From NCBI RefSeq assembly GCF_006345805.1, contig NC_043006.1, positions 5,766,001 through 5,830,000 on the forward strand: a DNA stretch of 64,000 nucleotides. Reading direction: 5' to 3'. Below, piece after piece: positions 11,590-23,001 of the stretch. Each line of letters begins with the position of its first letter. Positions within the stretch are counted from its first letter, which is position 1. The position numbers and the translations under genes are program-made. The stretch is from Octopus sinensis (Eukaryota). The notes under the pieces are model-generated. The model worked only from the letters and a program-made list of their open reading frames with translations, had not been told where the DNA came from and did not search any database.

Positions 11590-11633
<44 letters not shown>

Positions 11634-11635
<2 letters not shown>

Positions 11636-11876
11636 CACTGTGACCGGCATTGTTTTAGCCTTCAAAGGACACCACCCTGCAGGCCAACAGAAGAAAGAGT
11701 GAGAGAAAGTTGTGGTGAAAGAGTACAGCAGGGATCGCCACCAACCCCTGCCGGAGCCTCGCGGTGCTTTAGGTGTTTTCTCTCAATAAACATTCACAAC
11801 GCCCAGTCTGGGAATTGAAACCGCAATCCTACAACCGTGAGTCTGCTGCCCTAACCACTGGGCCATTGTGCCTCCA
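11634..11876 (-). mobile_element. tRNA-derived SINE family C
   Basis: Reverse complement of the ggcgcaatggcccagtggttagggcagcggac head. Confidence 0.8.
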
Positions 11877-12163
11877 CACACACACACATATATGTGTGTG
11901 TGTGTGTTTGTCCATCAACACCACTTGACAACTGGTTTTGGTGTGTTTACATCCCTGTAACTTAGCAGTTCAGTAAAAGAAACTGATATCAGGCTTAAAA
12001 GATAAAAATAAATACTGGGATCAACTTATTGAACGAAAAATTTTTTTTTTTGTATGTGGTGCCCCAGCATGGCCACAGTCAAATGATTAAAATGAGAGAC
12101 AAAAGACATCCTGTCTTTTATCTGATAAATTAAACAGATTCTGTTTTTAACAATGTTTGGAGT

Positions 12164-12357
12164 TACTCTTTACTCTTTTACTTGTTTCAGTCATTTGACT
12201 GTGGCCATGCTGGAGCACCGCCTTCAGTTGAGCAAATCGACCCCAGGACTTATTCTTTGTGAGCCTAGTACTTATTCTATCGCTCTCTTTTGCCGAACTG
12301 CTAAGTTATGGGGGACGTAAACACACCAGCATCGGTTGTCAAGCGATGTTGGGAAGA

Positions 12358-12407
<50 letters not shown>

Positions 12408-12760
12408 CGGTTTAAGCAATTGAGATTCAAGTGAGTTCTAATGAATTCACATGAATATGGTCCTTAACTAGGATGCACCGGAAATCTATATGGTGTTAAC
12501 CATACGACAAAGTGGGGTGATTACAAATAGGAAAAAAGCAACAAGAATGGATCAATATATCGGTACAATTGTTTCGTATACATATATACGATGGGCTTCT
12601 TTCAGTTTCTGTCTACCAAATCCACTCACAAGGCTTTGGTCGGCCTGAGGCTATGAGGCGATAGTAGAAGACACTTGCCCAAGGTGCCGCACAGTGGGAC
12701 TGAACCCGGAATCATGTGGTTGATAAGCAAGCTACTTACCACAAAACCACTCCTGCGCCT
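12164..12760 (-). mobile_element. SINE family A, full length, ~170-bp insertion in its internal microsatellite
   Basis: Tail, body and tRNA-like head present; unrelated sequence at ~12410-12578. Confidence 0.85.
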
Positions 12761-12869
12761 ATACTGTATTGCTTTTGATAATATCTGTTATTCTTTGTTG
12801 TTGTTATTTTCTTATATTTGATGTTATTCTCAATTTTACTTTCTATTGTTTTGGTCTCTTATATTTCAG

Positions 12870-12971
12870 TGTAAGGAAAACACAAATACTGCTGATTATG
12901 TTTCTCGAATGAACAGTTTAAAAAAGAAAGATGGTTATTCAGCTGTTTTATTTGCTTCTTTTGTTAGAAAG
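12870..12971 (+). CDS. MYO1D: Myosin I TH1 exon (CKENTNTADYVSRMNSLKKKDGYSAVLFASFVRK)
   Basis: atttcag acceptor, AAG|gtaagt donor; VLFxxxVRK motif; 102 nt, phase 0 to 0. Confidence 0.92.
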
Positions 12972-13047
12972 GTAAGTGAATTCATGGAAACTAAATGATT
13001 TCAAAAAAAAAATATAACAAAAACAGACTTGTGATTAGTTAATGCAA

Positions 13048-13420
13048 TGCCGGTGGCACGTAAAAAGCACCATCCGTTCGTGTCCGTTGCCAGCCTCGCC
13101 TGGCCCCCGTGCTGGTGGCACATAAAAGCACCATCCGTTCGTGGCCGTTTGCCAGCCTCGCCTGGCCCCCATGCTGGTGGCACATAAAAGCACCATCCGT
13201 TCGTGGCCGTTTGCCAGCTCTGTCTGGCACCTGTGCGGGTGGCACGTAAAAAGCACCCACTACACTCACGGAGTGGTTGGCATTAGGAAGGGCATCCAGC
13301 CGTAGAAACACTGCCAGATCAGACTGGGCCTGGTGCAGCCTTCTGGCTTCACAGACCCCAGTTGAACCGTCCAACCCATGCTAGCATTGAAAGCGGACGC
13401 TAAACGATGATGATGATGAT
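13048..13420 (+). mobile_element. RTE-LINE 3' end (family B) with tandem units
   Basis: Repeated ggtggcacataaaagcaccatccgttcgtggccg; (GAT)n tail; starts ~76 nt after an exon donor. Confidence 0.88.
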
Positions 13421-13839
13421 GAATGTAATTAATTTTGCAACGTAAAGAAGAAACAGAAGAAAATTTGATATTTTGGGTCTTGGCTCTTTGTCGATAAGAA
13501 TAAAAGAAAACAGGAGGGAAAGAGTGAATGTTTGGTAAGACTTCTACACTAGACATTGCATGTGGAAGAACAGTAGACAGATGTAATTAAATGGAATGGT
13601 GTTTCTTGTTGGAAGAATTTTTCAGAAAAGCATGATAATGGATGAGAATGTTGTTGTATCGTGTGTTATAGTGCATGTGTGTGCATTTTATCGAATTAAA
13701 GGGAAGATGTGAGAATATGTTCCTTATGTATGGAGTGAATGTTGAGAGTATATGTAGGTATGTGTGCTGTTGTGTTTGCGATATATCTATCACATATGTG
13801 TGTATGTGATAAATGAATAGTTAGAGGAGAAGATAGGTA

Positions 13840-14930
13840 TTGTGCCACGTACTTGGGCCAACTACCCTCTCACCTTCAACAACATTTTTCGCTGAATTCT
13901 ATCATCAAATTACTTGGGTGAACATGGGTACCAAGATAGATCCTAACTATGCTAATCTGTTTCTTGGTCTGAATGAGACCCAAATCTTCATCCAGTCCTC
14001 TGCACCTATGTTAGAGCTATACAGATATTACACCAATGAATGTGTCTTATGTGGTATCACCTCATTCTGCCTCAGTCATCCAAATATATGCTATCTTTTT
14101 TTCCATAATTCCTTCATCTTCTCTATCTTATATGCCCTAGTTAACCCCAATCAGATGTTGATGCTTTCACTCAGCTTGTTGTATATTCCACATACATTGT
14201 ATCTATCCTACCTATTTCTTTACTACCCACAAGGGGCTAAATACAGAGAGGACAAACAAGGACAGACACATGGATTAAGTCGATTACATTGACCCCCAGT
14301 GTGTAACTGGTACTTATTTAATCGACCCTGAAATGATGAAAGGCAAAGTCGACCTCGGCAGAATTTGAACTCAGAACGTAATGGCAGATGAAAGATAAAA
14401 TACTGCTAAGCATTTTGCCCGGCATGCTAACGTTTCTGCCAGCTCACTGCCTTTCTATCTATCCTACCACCAACTCCTTTTACTATCCCCTTGCTTACCA
14501 TCCCACCACCTTACCACTTTAGATAACCATTCTACTGCACTTCTGTCTCTACCAATCTAACCTCACCACTTTCCACCCTAAACACCTTTTTCCACTTCCT
14601 TCAGATGTGGCACAATCCCCATTTTTTTCCTAATCTATATTTTTATTATGGCTTGCTATACCCAACCTGTAACCTTCACCTATTCCTTCTTCTTCAAGAA
14701 CAACTGTCGTTTCATCCAAGATATTGTTACCATCTAAGGGCTAAACCCTCATTCTACATCACTGGTAACTTCACTTGTACTGAAAAAAGCCTCATTCGTG
14801 ACATAGAATGCCAACTACATGGCATGTTTTATAGAGTATACTCTAGTCAGAGATTGGCAGACCATTTTAGAAAGCATCCTTTAGATGTCTGACAAACAGT
14901 ATCCAAATTCTTAGACTTGTAGCTAATCCT
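13840..14930 (+). mobile_element. Penelope-like element relic (RT and GIY-YIG endonuclease), split by a SINE
   Basis: YHQITWVNMGTKIDPNYANLFLG (RT GxxMGTxxxPxYANLF motif); ITGNFTCTEKSLI..IEC..QRLADHFRKH (decayed GIY-YIG). Confidence 0.75.
14210..14452 (-). mobile_element. tRNA-derived SINE family D with 13-bp TSD
   Basis: TSD tatctatcctacc at 14200-14212 and 14456-14468; core gcctttcatc..ggggtcgat..aagtaccag. Confidence 0.88.
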
Positions 14931-15090
14931 TTGAATTCCCCTTGGCATAGCCATTTTCATTTCTTTGTGATGTTATTTTACACCATGGATCAGCAATCTC
15001 TTGTTTGCATAGGGAACAACAACAACTACTAGCAAACAATTCATCCAGCCGGAATACTTTGTTGTCTTTACTTTAAAAACATTACCATAT

Positions 15091-15500
15091 AGGCGCAGGA
15101 GTGGCTGTGTGGTAAGTAGCTTGTTTACCAACCACATGGTTCCGGGTTCAGTCCCACTGCATGGCACCTTGGGCATGTGGCTTCTACTATAGCTTCGGGC
15201 CGACCAAAGCCTTGAGTGGATTTGGTAGACGGAAACTGAAAGAAGCCCGTCGTATATATGTATATATATGCGTGTGTGTGTTTGTGTGTCTGTGTTTGTC
15301 CCCCTAGCACTGCTTGACAACCAATGCTGGTGTGTTTATGTCCCCGTTACTTAGTGGTTTGGCAAAAGAGACCGATAGAATAAGTACTGGGCTTACAAAA
15401 AAAATAAGTCCTGGGGTCGAGTTGCTCGATTAAAGGCGGTGCTCCAGCATGGCCGCAGTCAAATGACTGAAACAAATAAAAGAGTAAGAGTAAAAAGAGT
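15091..15500 (+). mobile_element. SINE family A (tRNA head, CORE-like motif, internal microsatellite)
   Basis: A box tggctgtgtggt, B box ggttcagtcc, accttgggca.gtg MIR/CORE-like motif, (AAAAGAGT)n tail. Confidence 0.88.
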
Positions 15501-15599
15501 ATTTCTTACAGGTCACTCCTTATAACATACTCCACTCTACACTTCCCCTTCATTACTCTCCACATATACACAAACACAACCCATCTTCTATTCTCTAAG

Positions 15600-15818
15600 C
15601 AACTATCTACGACATGCACACAAACATGCCATCATGTTTAATTCACATCAGCTACACCAAACACATACTTGCTCATGCTCTCTCTCCCACATACCAGCGT
15701 AGTCGTCTCTCTTGCACACCACAACTGATGCTTCTTAGGCCCAACATTTCTCTCAAGGTACTTACACTCTGTCGAGTATGCACACTGACATTACACATCC
15801 ATCAGAGCATACTGGCTT
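15600..15818 (-). mobile_element. RTE-LINE ORF2 C-terminal fragment
   Basis: Homologous to ~9000-9210. Confidence 0.7.
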
Positions 15819-15888
15819 CATAGACAAACACACACATAGACACACATGCTTAAAGAACATAAACTTGCATTTTACCGCCTTTTCTCTT

Positions 15889-16300
15889 CATCCTCATCAT
15901 CATCGTTTAGCGTCAGCTTTCCATGCTAGCATGGGTTGGACGGTTCGACTGGGATCTGGGAAGCCAGAAGGCTGCACCAGGCCCAGTTTGATCTGGCAAT
16001 GTTTCTACGGCTGGATGCCCTTCCTAACGCCAACCACTCCATGAGTGTAGTGGGTGCTTTTTACGTGCCAGGCGAGGCTGGCAATGGCCATGAACGGATG
16101 GTGCTTTTTACGTGCCACCGGCACGAGGCTAGTCAGGGCGGCGCTGGCAACGGCCACGAATGGATGGTGCTTTTTACATGCCACCGGCACGAGGCCAGTC
16201 GGGGCGGAGCTGGCAACGCCCACGTTTGGATGGTTCTCTTACGTGCCACCGGCACTGGTAACTCAGCTGCAATTTCCATTGATCGATTTCGATTCTGATT
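15889..16300 (-). mobile_element. RTE-LINE 3' end (family B)
   Basis: (CAT)n, conserved tail, 3-4 units. Confidence 0.85.
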
Positions 16301-16972
16301 CATAAAACACAAATGACACATACTTTAAAACGCATTTACAACAGCTTTTCTTGTCCATTATTTCCGTTAACTAAAAATCCTTTCATCTGCCGAGAAGCAC
16401 CGTCCCATTGTAACTCATAAACACCCTGTCTTCTGGTCTATCCATTTGTCTTTTACATCCATACCATTAGGTTTTATTCACATCTACACAGCATAGACAC
16501 ACACACACACACACACACACACCACTATGGACAAACATCCTCACCTACACCCACACAAAGAACATTTTCTCATGTCTTATCAGTGTTCTTATCGATTATC
16601 TCCCTTGACTGAGAAGCTCTTCTGACGTAAAACTTTTAGAAGCATTATGTAACTTTTGCTTTTTCTTTTTTCTCCTCTGCTTTTTTTTTTTTTTACAACA
16701 TAAAATTAATTTACAAACTCTTTTTTTTTTTCTTTTCTTTTTTTTTTTGTTATTATTTCTGAAATCTTTTTAATTACCATGCTGACAGGATTCTCATATT
16801 TTTTTGTCTGGGGAGAGTCATTTTCTTTTTGTGCCTTATTACGTAACACATTCACCAGTAAAATTTCCACTTTTTTCTTATTTTTATTCTCCTAAAATTT
16901 TCGTTGCATCTTGCAACTTTTTCAATAGTTTTGACTCTCATATTTTTTATTTCCTCGTTAATCTAAATAAAT

Positions 16973-17370
16973 AGGCGCAGGAGTGGCTGTGTGGTAGGTA
17001 ACTTGTTTACCAACCACATGGTTCCGGGTTCAGTCCCACTGCGTGGCACCTTGGGCAAGTGTCTTCTACTATAGCCTCGGGCCGACCAAAGCCTTGTGAG
17101 TGGATTTGGTAGACGGAAACTGAAAGAAGCCCGTTGTATATATATATATATGTATGTGTGTGTTTGTGTCTGTGTTTGTTCTTCTAGCATTGCTTGACAA
17201 CCGATGCTGGTGTGTTTATGTCCCCGTTACTTAGCGGTTCAGCAAAACAGACCGATAGAATAAGTACTGGGCTTAAAAAAGAATAAGTCCCGGGGTTGAG
17301 TTGCTCGATTAAAGGCGGCGCTCCAGCATGGCCGCAGTCAAATGACTGAAACAAGTAAAAGAATAAAAGA
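16973..17370 (+). mobile_element. SINE family A
   Basis: Full length, high similarity to 15091-15500. Confidence 0.88.
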
Positions 17371-17962
17371 AAAGAAAAGAATAAAAAATAGATCACTTAC
17401 ATAAATTCTCCATTTTCAGTAATTTTTTTTTCTTGATAATTTACTCAATACTTTAATGCCATAGTTAGGTCTTGTTTTAAATAAATCTCATATTTTAAGT
17501 GAAATGATTAAATTTTCCAAGTTGTAATCCCTAGATAATCCCAGAAAATACATGCAATTTTATAACCTACAAAATATTTTTCTTCAATTAAGTTCTCCAT
17601 TGCATAATACCAAGGGAAATGCCTGATTGATCCAAACAGACATAAAACACACAACTATACAATAATAGTTTTTTAACCTATGACAAACAAATGTAGTTGG
17701 ATTGCCGACTACAGTTAATGTATCCCAGGGAATCGATATTGTTATCAAAGCCTTCAATCATGCATGGAGAAACTAAACAACAAAACAAAATCAATGTACC
17801 ATAAATTTCATACTGCATTCCACACATTCATTCATGGCATTGTACAATTTGGTCGGATAACAGACCAGAATGGAACATGTTACGGCTACATTGCAGAACC
17901 TCTGAGCTGTTCTTATGTGTTTCATCAGCTGTCTCTCATGCTGTATGTCATTACAATAGTTT

Positions 17963-18292
17963 TGGAGGCGCAATGGCCCAGTGGTTAGGGCAGCGGACTC
18001 GCGGTCGTAGGATCGCGGTTTCGATTCCCAGACCGAGCGTTGTGAGTGTTTATTGAGCGAAAACACCTAAAGCTCCACGAGGCTCCTGCAGGGGATGGTG
18101 GTGATCCCTGCTGTACTCTTTCACCACAACTTTCTCTCACTCTTACTTCCTGTTTCTGTTGTACCTGTATTTCAAAGGGCCGGCCTTGTCACTCTCTGTG
18201 TCACGCTGAATATCCCCAAGAACTACGTTAAGGGTACACGTGTCTGTGGAGTGCTCAGCCACTTACACGTTAATTTCACAAGCAGGCTGTTT
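17963..18292 (+). mobile_element. SINE family C (tail type 1)
   Basis: A box tggcccagtgg, B box ggtttcgattccc. Confidence 0.85.
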
Positions 18293-18364
18293 TAAATAGT
18301 TTTAAAGCATGAACTTCACAAAGAGCTATCTATTAAAAGTTTTATTTTTCCATAAATCTTTTTC

Positions 18365-18574
18365 TTCTATTTTTTACTTGTTTCATTCGTTAGATTGTGG
18401 CCATGCTGGGGCACTACCTTGAGGAGTTTTTTTATTGAATTAAATTACTTCTTGGTAAACCTGGTACTTATTCTGTCGGTCTCTCTTGTCAATTTGCTAA
18501 GTTATGGGACTTAAAGACACCAATACTAATTGTCAAGTGGTGGAGTTGGGGGACACACAGATGCAGAGACATAC

Positions 18575-18605
<31 letters not shown>

Positions 18606-18768
18606 AATATATGATGGGCTTCCTTCAGTTTCTGTCTATCAAATCCACTGACAAAGCTTTGGTCAACCCTTGGCTATAGTAGAAGACACTTGCCCAAGGT
18701 ACCATTCTGTGGGACTGAACCCAGAACTTTATTATTGGGAAGCAAGCTTCTAGCCACACCTGCACCTA
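18365..18768 (-). mobile_element. SINE family A, diverged
   Basis: Reverse complement of the family A consensus. Confidence 0.75.
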
Positions 18769-18934
18769 TTAAGTGGACAATTAGGGAAACCAGACTGAAT
18801 AAAAGCAGCTTCGAGGGAACTGATGTGAATTCATAAAAGTCCATGGAAAATTATTTTTTATTTTTACTTGAATCGTATTTTAATTAATCCTCTACCAACA
18901 AATATTCTTTTCTAGTCTAGGCATAAGGCCCAAA

Positions 18935-19107
18935 ATGTTTGGGGAGTAGGCCTATTGATTAGATCAACCCCAGTACACAATTGGCACTTAATTTATCAAC
19001 CCCGAAAGGATGAAAGGCAAAGTTGACCTCAATGGAATTTGAACTCAGAACATAAAGACAGACAAAATACTAACGGTGTGCTAACATTTCTGCCAGCTCA
19101 CTGCCTT
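18935..19107 (-). mobile_element. SINE family D, diverged
   Basis: ccccgaaaggatgaaaggcaaagttgacctc core. Confidence 0.75.
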
Positions 19108-19127
19108 TAAAATCTTTTCTACTCTAG

Positions 19128-19375
19128 GCAAACTTACATGGGTGAAGACCTTCTTTAGCCTGGGGTGCCAGTGTTTCTCCTTTCCCTAACCACTGTCTTC
19201 GGTGCTTGACATTTTTATAGAGAACCCATTTCTTGCCACCAGCCACTATTTGGTTCAAAAAAGGTTCATTCATGAAATGTGACAGCAAAAAAGAGCATAC
19301 ATTCACACTCTGCATGTGATGAGACTCGGAAAGTTTGTGAAGAACCCACTGACCCAATTTGCTGACTTTTCTGAT
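19128..19375 (-). mobile_element. mariner transposase relic
   Basis: KLGQWVLHKLSE (WVPHEL-like), PFLNQIVAGGKKWVLYKN (IVTGDEKW-like), GLHPCK. Confidence 0.85.
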
Positions 19376-19734
19376 GGCACCCATATTAACTTTCTCTATA
19401 TCTCTTATTCTCTCTCTTGCTCTCTCTCTATACACTATAAAGCATGGTTGGAACAATCAACCAACATTTACATCAGCTGTTATTTTGTTATTCTTTTTCT
19501 CTGGCTATCTACCTAAGAAACTTCCATCGTTCTTTCATAGGAATATTCTTTAGTAAACCTTTTTTAGTATTATATACTATCTACCAAACCTAATATTCTA
19601 ATACTACTATCTACCTAACCTAATAAGGAAGATTCTGTCTACCTAAGAAACTTCCTTTGTTCTTTCATAGGAATATTCTTTAGTCAACCTTTTTTTAGTA
19701 TTATATCTGTATTTCTTTTTTTTTTTTACATCAG

Positions 19735-19851
19735 ATTAATAAGAACAACAAGTCATCTGAAAGAGCCGTGGCCATCACTGACAGACATTTTTACAAGTTT
19801 GATCACAAAAAGAAATTTAAATTAATGAAATCTGGAATTCCATTTGTTAAT
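19735..19851 (+). CDS. MYO1D: Myosin I TH1 exon (INKNNKSSERAVAITDRHFYKFDHKKKFKLMKSGIPFVN)
   Basis: poly-T tract plus catcag acceptor, AAT|gtaagt donor; RAxxxTDRHxYK motif; 117 nt, phase 0 to 0. Confidence 0.93.
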
Positions 19852-19901
19852 GTAAGTGATAAATTTCTGTTTTTATACTGGCTTTAATCAGATTAATTGC
19901 A

Positions 19902-20084
19902 CATAAAAGCACCCACTACACTCTCGGAGTGGTCGGCATTAGGAAGGGCATATAGCTGTAGAAACTCTGCCAGATCAGACTGGAGCCTGGTGCAGCCTTC
20001 TGGTTTGCCAGACCTCAGTCAAATCATCCAGTCCATGCTAGCATGGAAAGCGGACGTTAAACAGTGATGATGAGGATGATGATG
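19902..20084 (+). mobile_element. RTE-LINE 3' end (family B), short
   Basis: Conserved tail and (GAT)n. Confidence 0.8.
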
Positions 20085-20266
20085 ACCGCTAACTACTAAC
20101 AGAAACCAATGTTATACACAAGTAATTGCATAAACATCAGTACTGTGTACTAGTAACCTCATGCATCAATATTATGTACCAGGATAATACCAAAAAAATA
20201 GTATTATATACCAGTAATTATATGCACACACATATTTGTAACTACATACATACATTAACTTGACAC

Positions 20267-21131
20267 ACCTATTTCTTTACTACCCACAAGGGGCTAAACA
20301 CAGAGAGGACAAACAAGGACAGACAAACGGATTAAGTCGATTATATCGACCCCAGTGCGTAACTGGTACTTAATTTATCGACCCTGAAAAGATGAAAGGC
20401 AAAGTTGACCTTGGCGGAATTTGAACTCAGAACGTAATGGCAGACAAAATATGGCTACGCATTTCGCCCGGTGTGCTAACGATTCTGCCAGCTCGCCACC
20501 TTAACTTAACTTGACATACCAACATCACAAGCATACCAGTAGTATATACCAATAATTAAACCCAAAGATGCCAGCATTATATACCTATTTCTTTATTACC
20601 CACAAGGGGCTAAACACAGAGAGGACAAACAAGGACAGACAAACGGATTAAGTCGATTATATCGACCCCAGTGCGTAACTGGTACTTAATTTATCGACCC
20701 TGAAAAGATGAAAGGCAAAGTTGACCTTGGCGGAATTTGAACTCAGAACGTAATGGCAGACAAAATATGGCTACGCATTTCGCCCGGTGTGCTAACGATT
20801 CTGCCAGCTCGCCACCTTAACTTAACTTGACATACCAACATCACAAGCATACCAGTAGTATATACCAATAATTAAACCCAAAGATGCCAGCATTATATAC
20901 CTATTTCTTTATTACCCACAAGGGGCTAAACACAGAGGGGACAAACAAGGACATACATTAGGTATTAAGTCGATTACATCGACCCCAGTGGGTAACTGGT
21001 ACTTAATTTATCGACCCGAAAGGATGAAAGGCAAAGTCGAACTCGGCGGAATTTGAACTCACAACGTAATGCAGACGAAATACCGCTAAGCATTTCGCCC
21101 GGCGTGCTAACGTTTCTGCCAGCTCGCCGCC
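20267..21131 (-). mobile_element. Three tandem SINE family D copies, including a 316-bp duplication
   Basis: Copies begin at 20267, 20583 and 20899; third copy has TSD ccagcattatatacc (20887-20901, 21143-21157). Confidence 0.9.
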
Positions 21132-21320
21132 CTCTATATATACCAGCATTATATACCAGTTACTACATACACACATACACAAACCAGTGTTGTTGCAATA
21201 TTTTTTATCCTTGTCCTGTTCAATTAAGGCTGATTTGGCACTACAGTAATTGCCATGACATCAAATGCTGACTATACATCAATAACATTTGTAAGATAAA
21301 TATTCTGTATTTTATTGTAG

Positions 21321-21469
21321 CTAACTGGTCTGAGCGTGTCACCAGATACAGACCAACTTATTATATTCCACATGAAGGATGGCAATGATCTTGTTGTAAG
21401 CCTTCAACATCCAGGCCAAGAAGACAGAGTTGGAGAAGTGATTGGTGCTATTTGCAAGAACTGGCATCG
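21321..21469 (+). CDS. MYO1D: Myosin I TH1 exon (LTGLSVSPDTDQLIIFHMKDGNDLVVSLQHPGQEDRVGEVIGAICKNWHR)
   Basis: ttgtag acceptor, CG|gtatgt donor; LTGLSVS...DQL..FH...DL...RVGE as in MYO1D; phase 0 to 2. Confidence 0.94.
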
Positions 21470-21970
21470 GTATGTACTTTTAGAATTTTTAAAATTATCT
21501 TTTTAACATTTTTGTGAACACCTGTACTTGAAACTTAATTCAGTTGTTTATCTCAGGTGATATTTCCACAAGATGTGTTACATTTTCTTGAGTACTTTTA
21601 ATCATGTTTCTTTGAGAGGATTAATTTCATACTAATTGCACTGAACCATTTTAATGCCAATAAATCTGGGACTACCTATATAAAAACATTTTTCTTTAAA
21701 ATAAAATTTTCATCAAAACCTCATAACATCAATGATCTAACATGATTTCTGGTGGTCACCACCAGCTTGGTATAAGGAAGTCTAATGAAGAAGCAGTCAC
21801 TTGTTCTTAGAAAGAGCAGTCAATTTTTCGAATTGCACCATATTACAATAAATAAGAAAGGACATGTAGAACAGTGTAGTCCTAGATAAAGAAAAAGGAC
21901 AGGATGATCGATGTTAAAACGCATTTGATCATAGGTAGGTTCAATCAGTATATAATACTGGCATGTATAT

Positions 21971-22289
21971 TGTGGAGGTGCAATGGCCCAGTGGTTAGGG
22001 CAGTGGACTTGCAGTCGGGGGATCGTGGTTTCGATTCCCAGACCGAGTGTTATGTGTGTTCATTGAGTGAAAACACCTAAAGCTCCATGAGGCTCCTGCA
22101 GGGGATGGTGGCGACCCCTGTTGTACTCTTTTGCCCCAACTTTCTCTCACTCTTTCTTCCTATTTCTTGAGTAATGCTGCAATGGACTGGCATCCCGTCC
22201 AGCTAATGGGAACACATACACCAAAGAAACCGGGAAACTGGGCCCATGAGCTGGCTAGGCTTGAAAAGGGCACATAAATAAAAAAAAAA
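21971..22289 (+). mobile_element. SINE family C (tail type 2)
   Basis: Same head; tail gatggactggcatcccgtccag...gaaaccggga, A-rich end. Confidence 0.8.
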
Positions 22290-23001
22290 TGCTCAATCAG
22301 GACTGCCTTAGAGTTAACCAAATACCAATATTATATATATTAGTGTATAAGGTGACTGAGTATATAAGAGTATATAAGACCAATTCCAGGAACTTCCCCT
22401 CAAAAAGTAAAGTTTCAGCTATGCTCATGGTGTAATATTACTTACATGGTAATATTTTGTAGCAGTAGGTCACAAGGTGTTAGGTTTTTTTCTTATACAT
22501 ATATGAATTCTTCACAAGACAAATGTTATTTTTAGCAAATTTAATATACATAGAACTAAAATTAACCTTCATAACCTATAATTATATAAATGTTTCTACA
22601 TGTCAATAGGACAGTGTTCCGACAGTTGCAAAAGGCTAAGCACTTAAGAGTTTACTATTTCAATAGTTAATCATCTCAATAACCACTAGAATGATACTGT
22701 CAAGCACACTACTGTGACTCTTAAAATTCATGCCAATTCATTTCAAATAACAACAAAGTACTTTCAATTTATAATACACTAGCTTAAGGTGACCCACTCT
22801 ACGCGTGGGTAAGAGTGTGGTATATATAAATGTATACAAATTATATATATATATACAGATATATACACTTTGTATATATACATTATATATACATATTTAT
22901 ATATAGATACACACACACACACACACATATAAATTAACCCAATAAATATCTGATTCATAATATTTGTTCTCATGATTGTGTGGTTGTGGTAGCGATGATA
23001 A

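Noticed and set aside
17963-18040. tRNA gene candidates at SINE heads (also 15091, 49820, 63200)
   Set aside because: A and B boxes are present, but the sequence runs into SINE bodies without a closing acceptor stem; these are tRNA-derived retroposons
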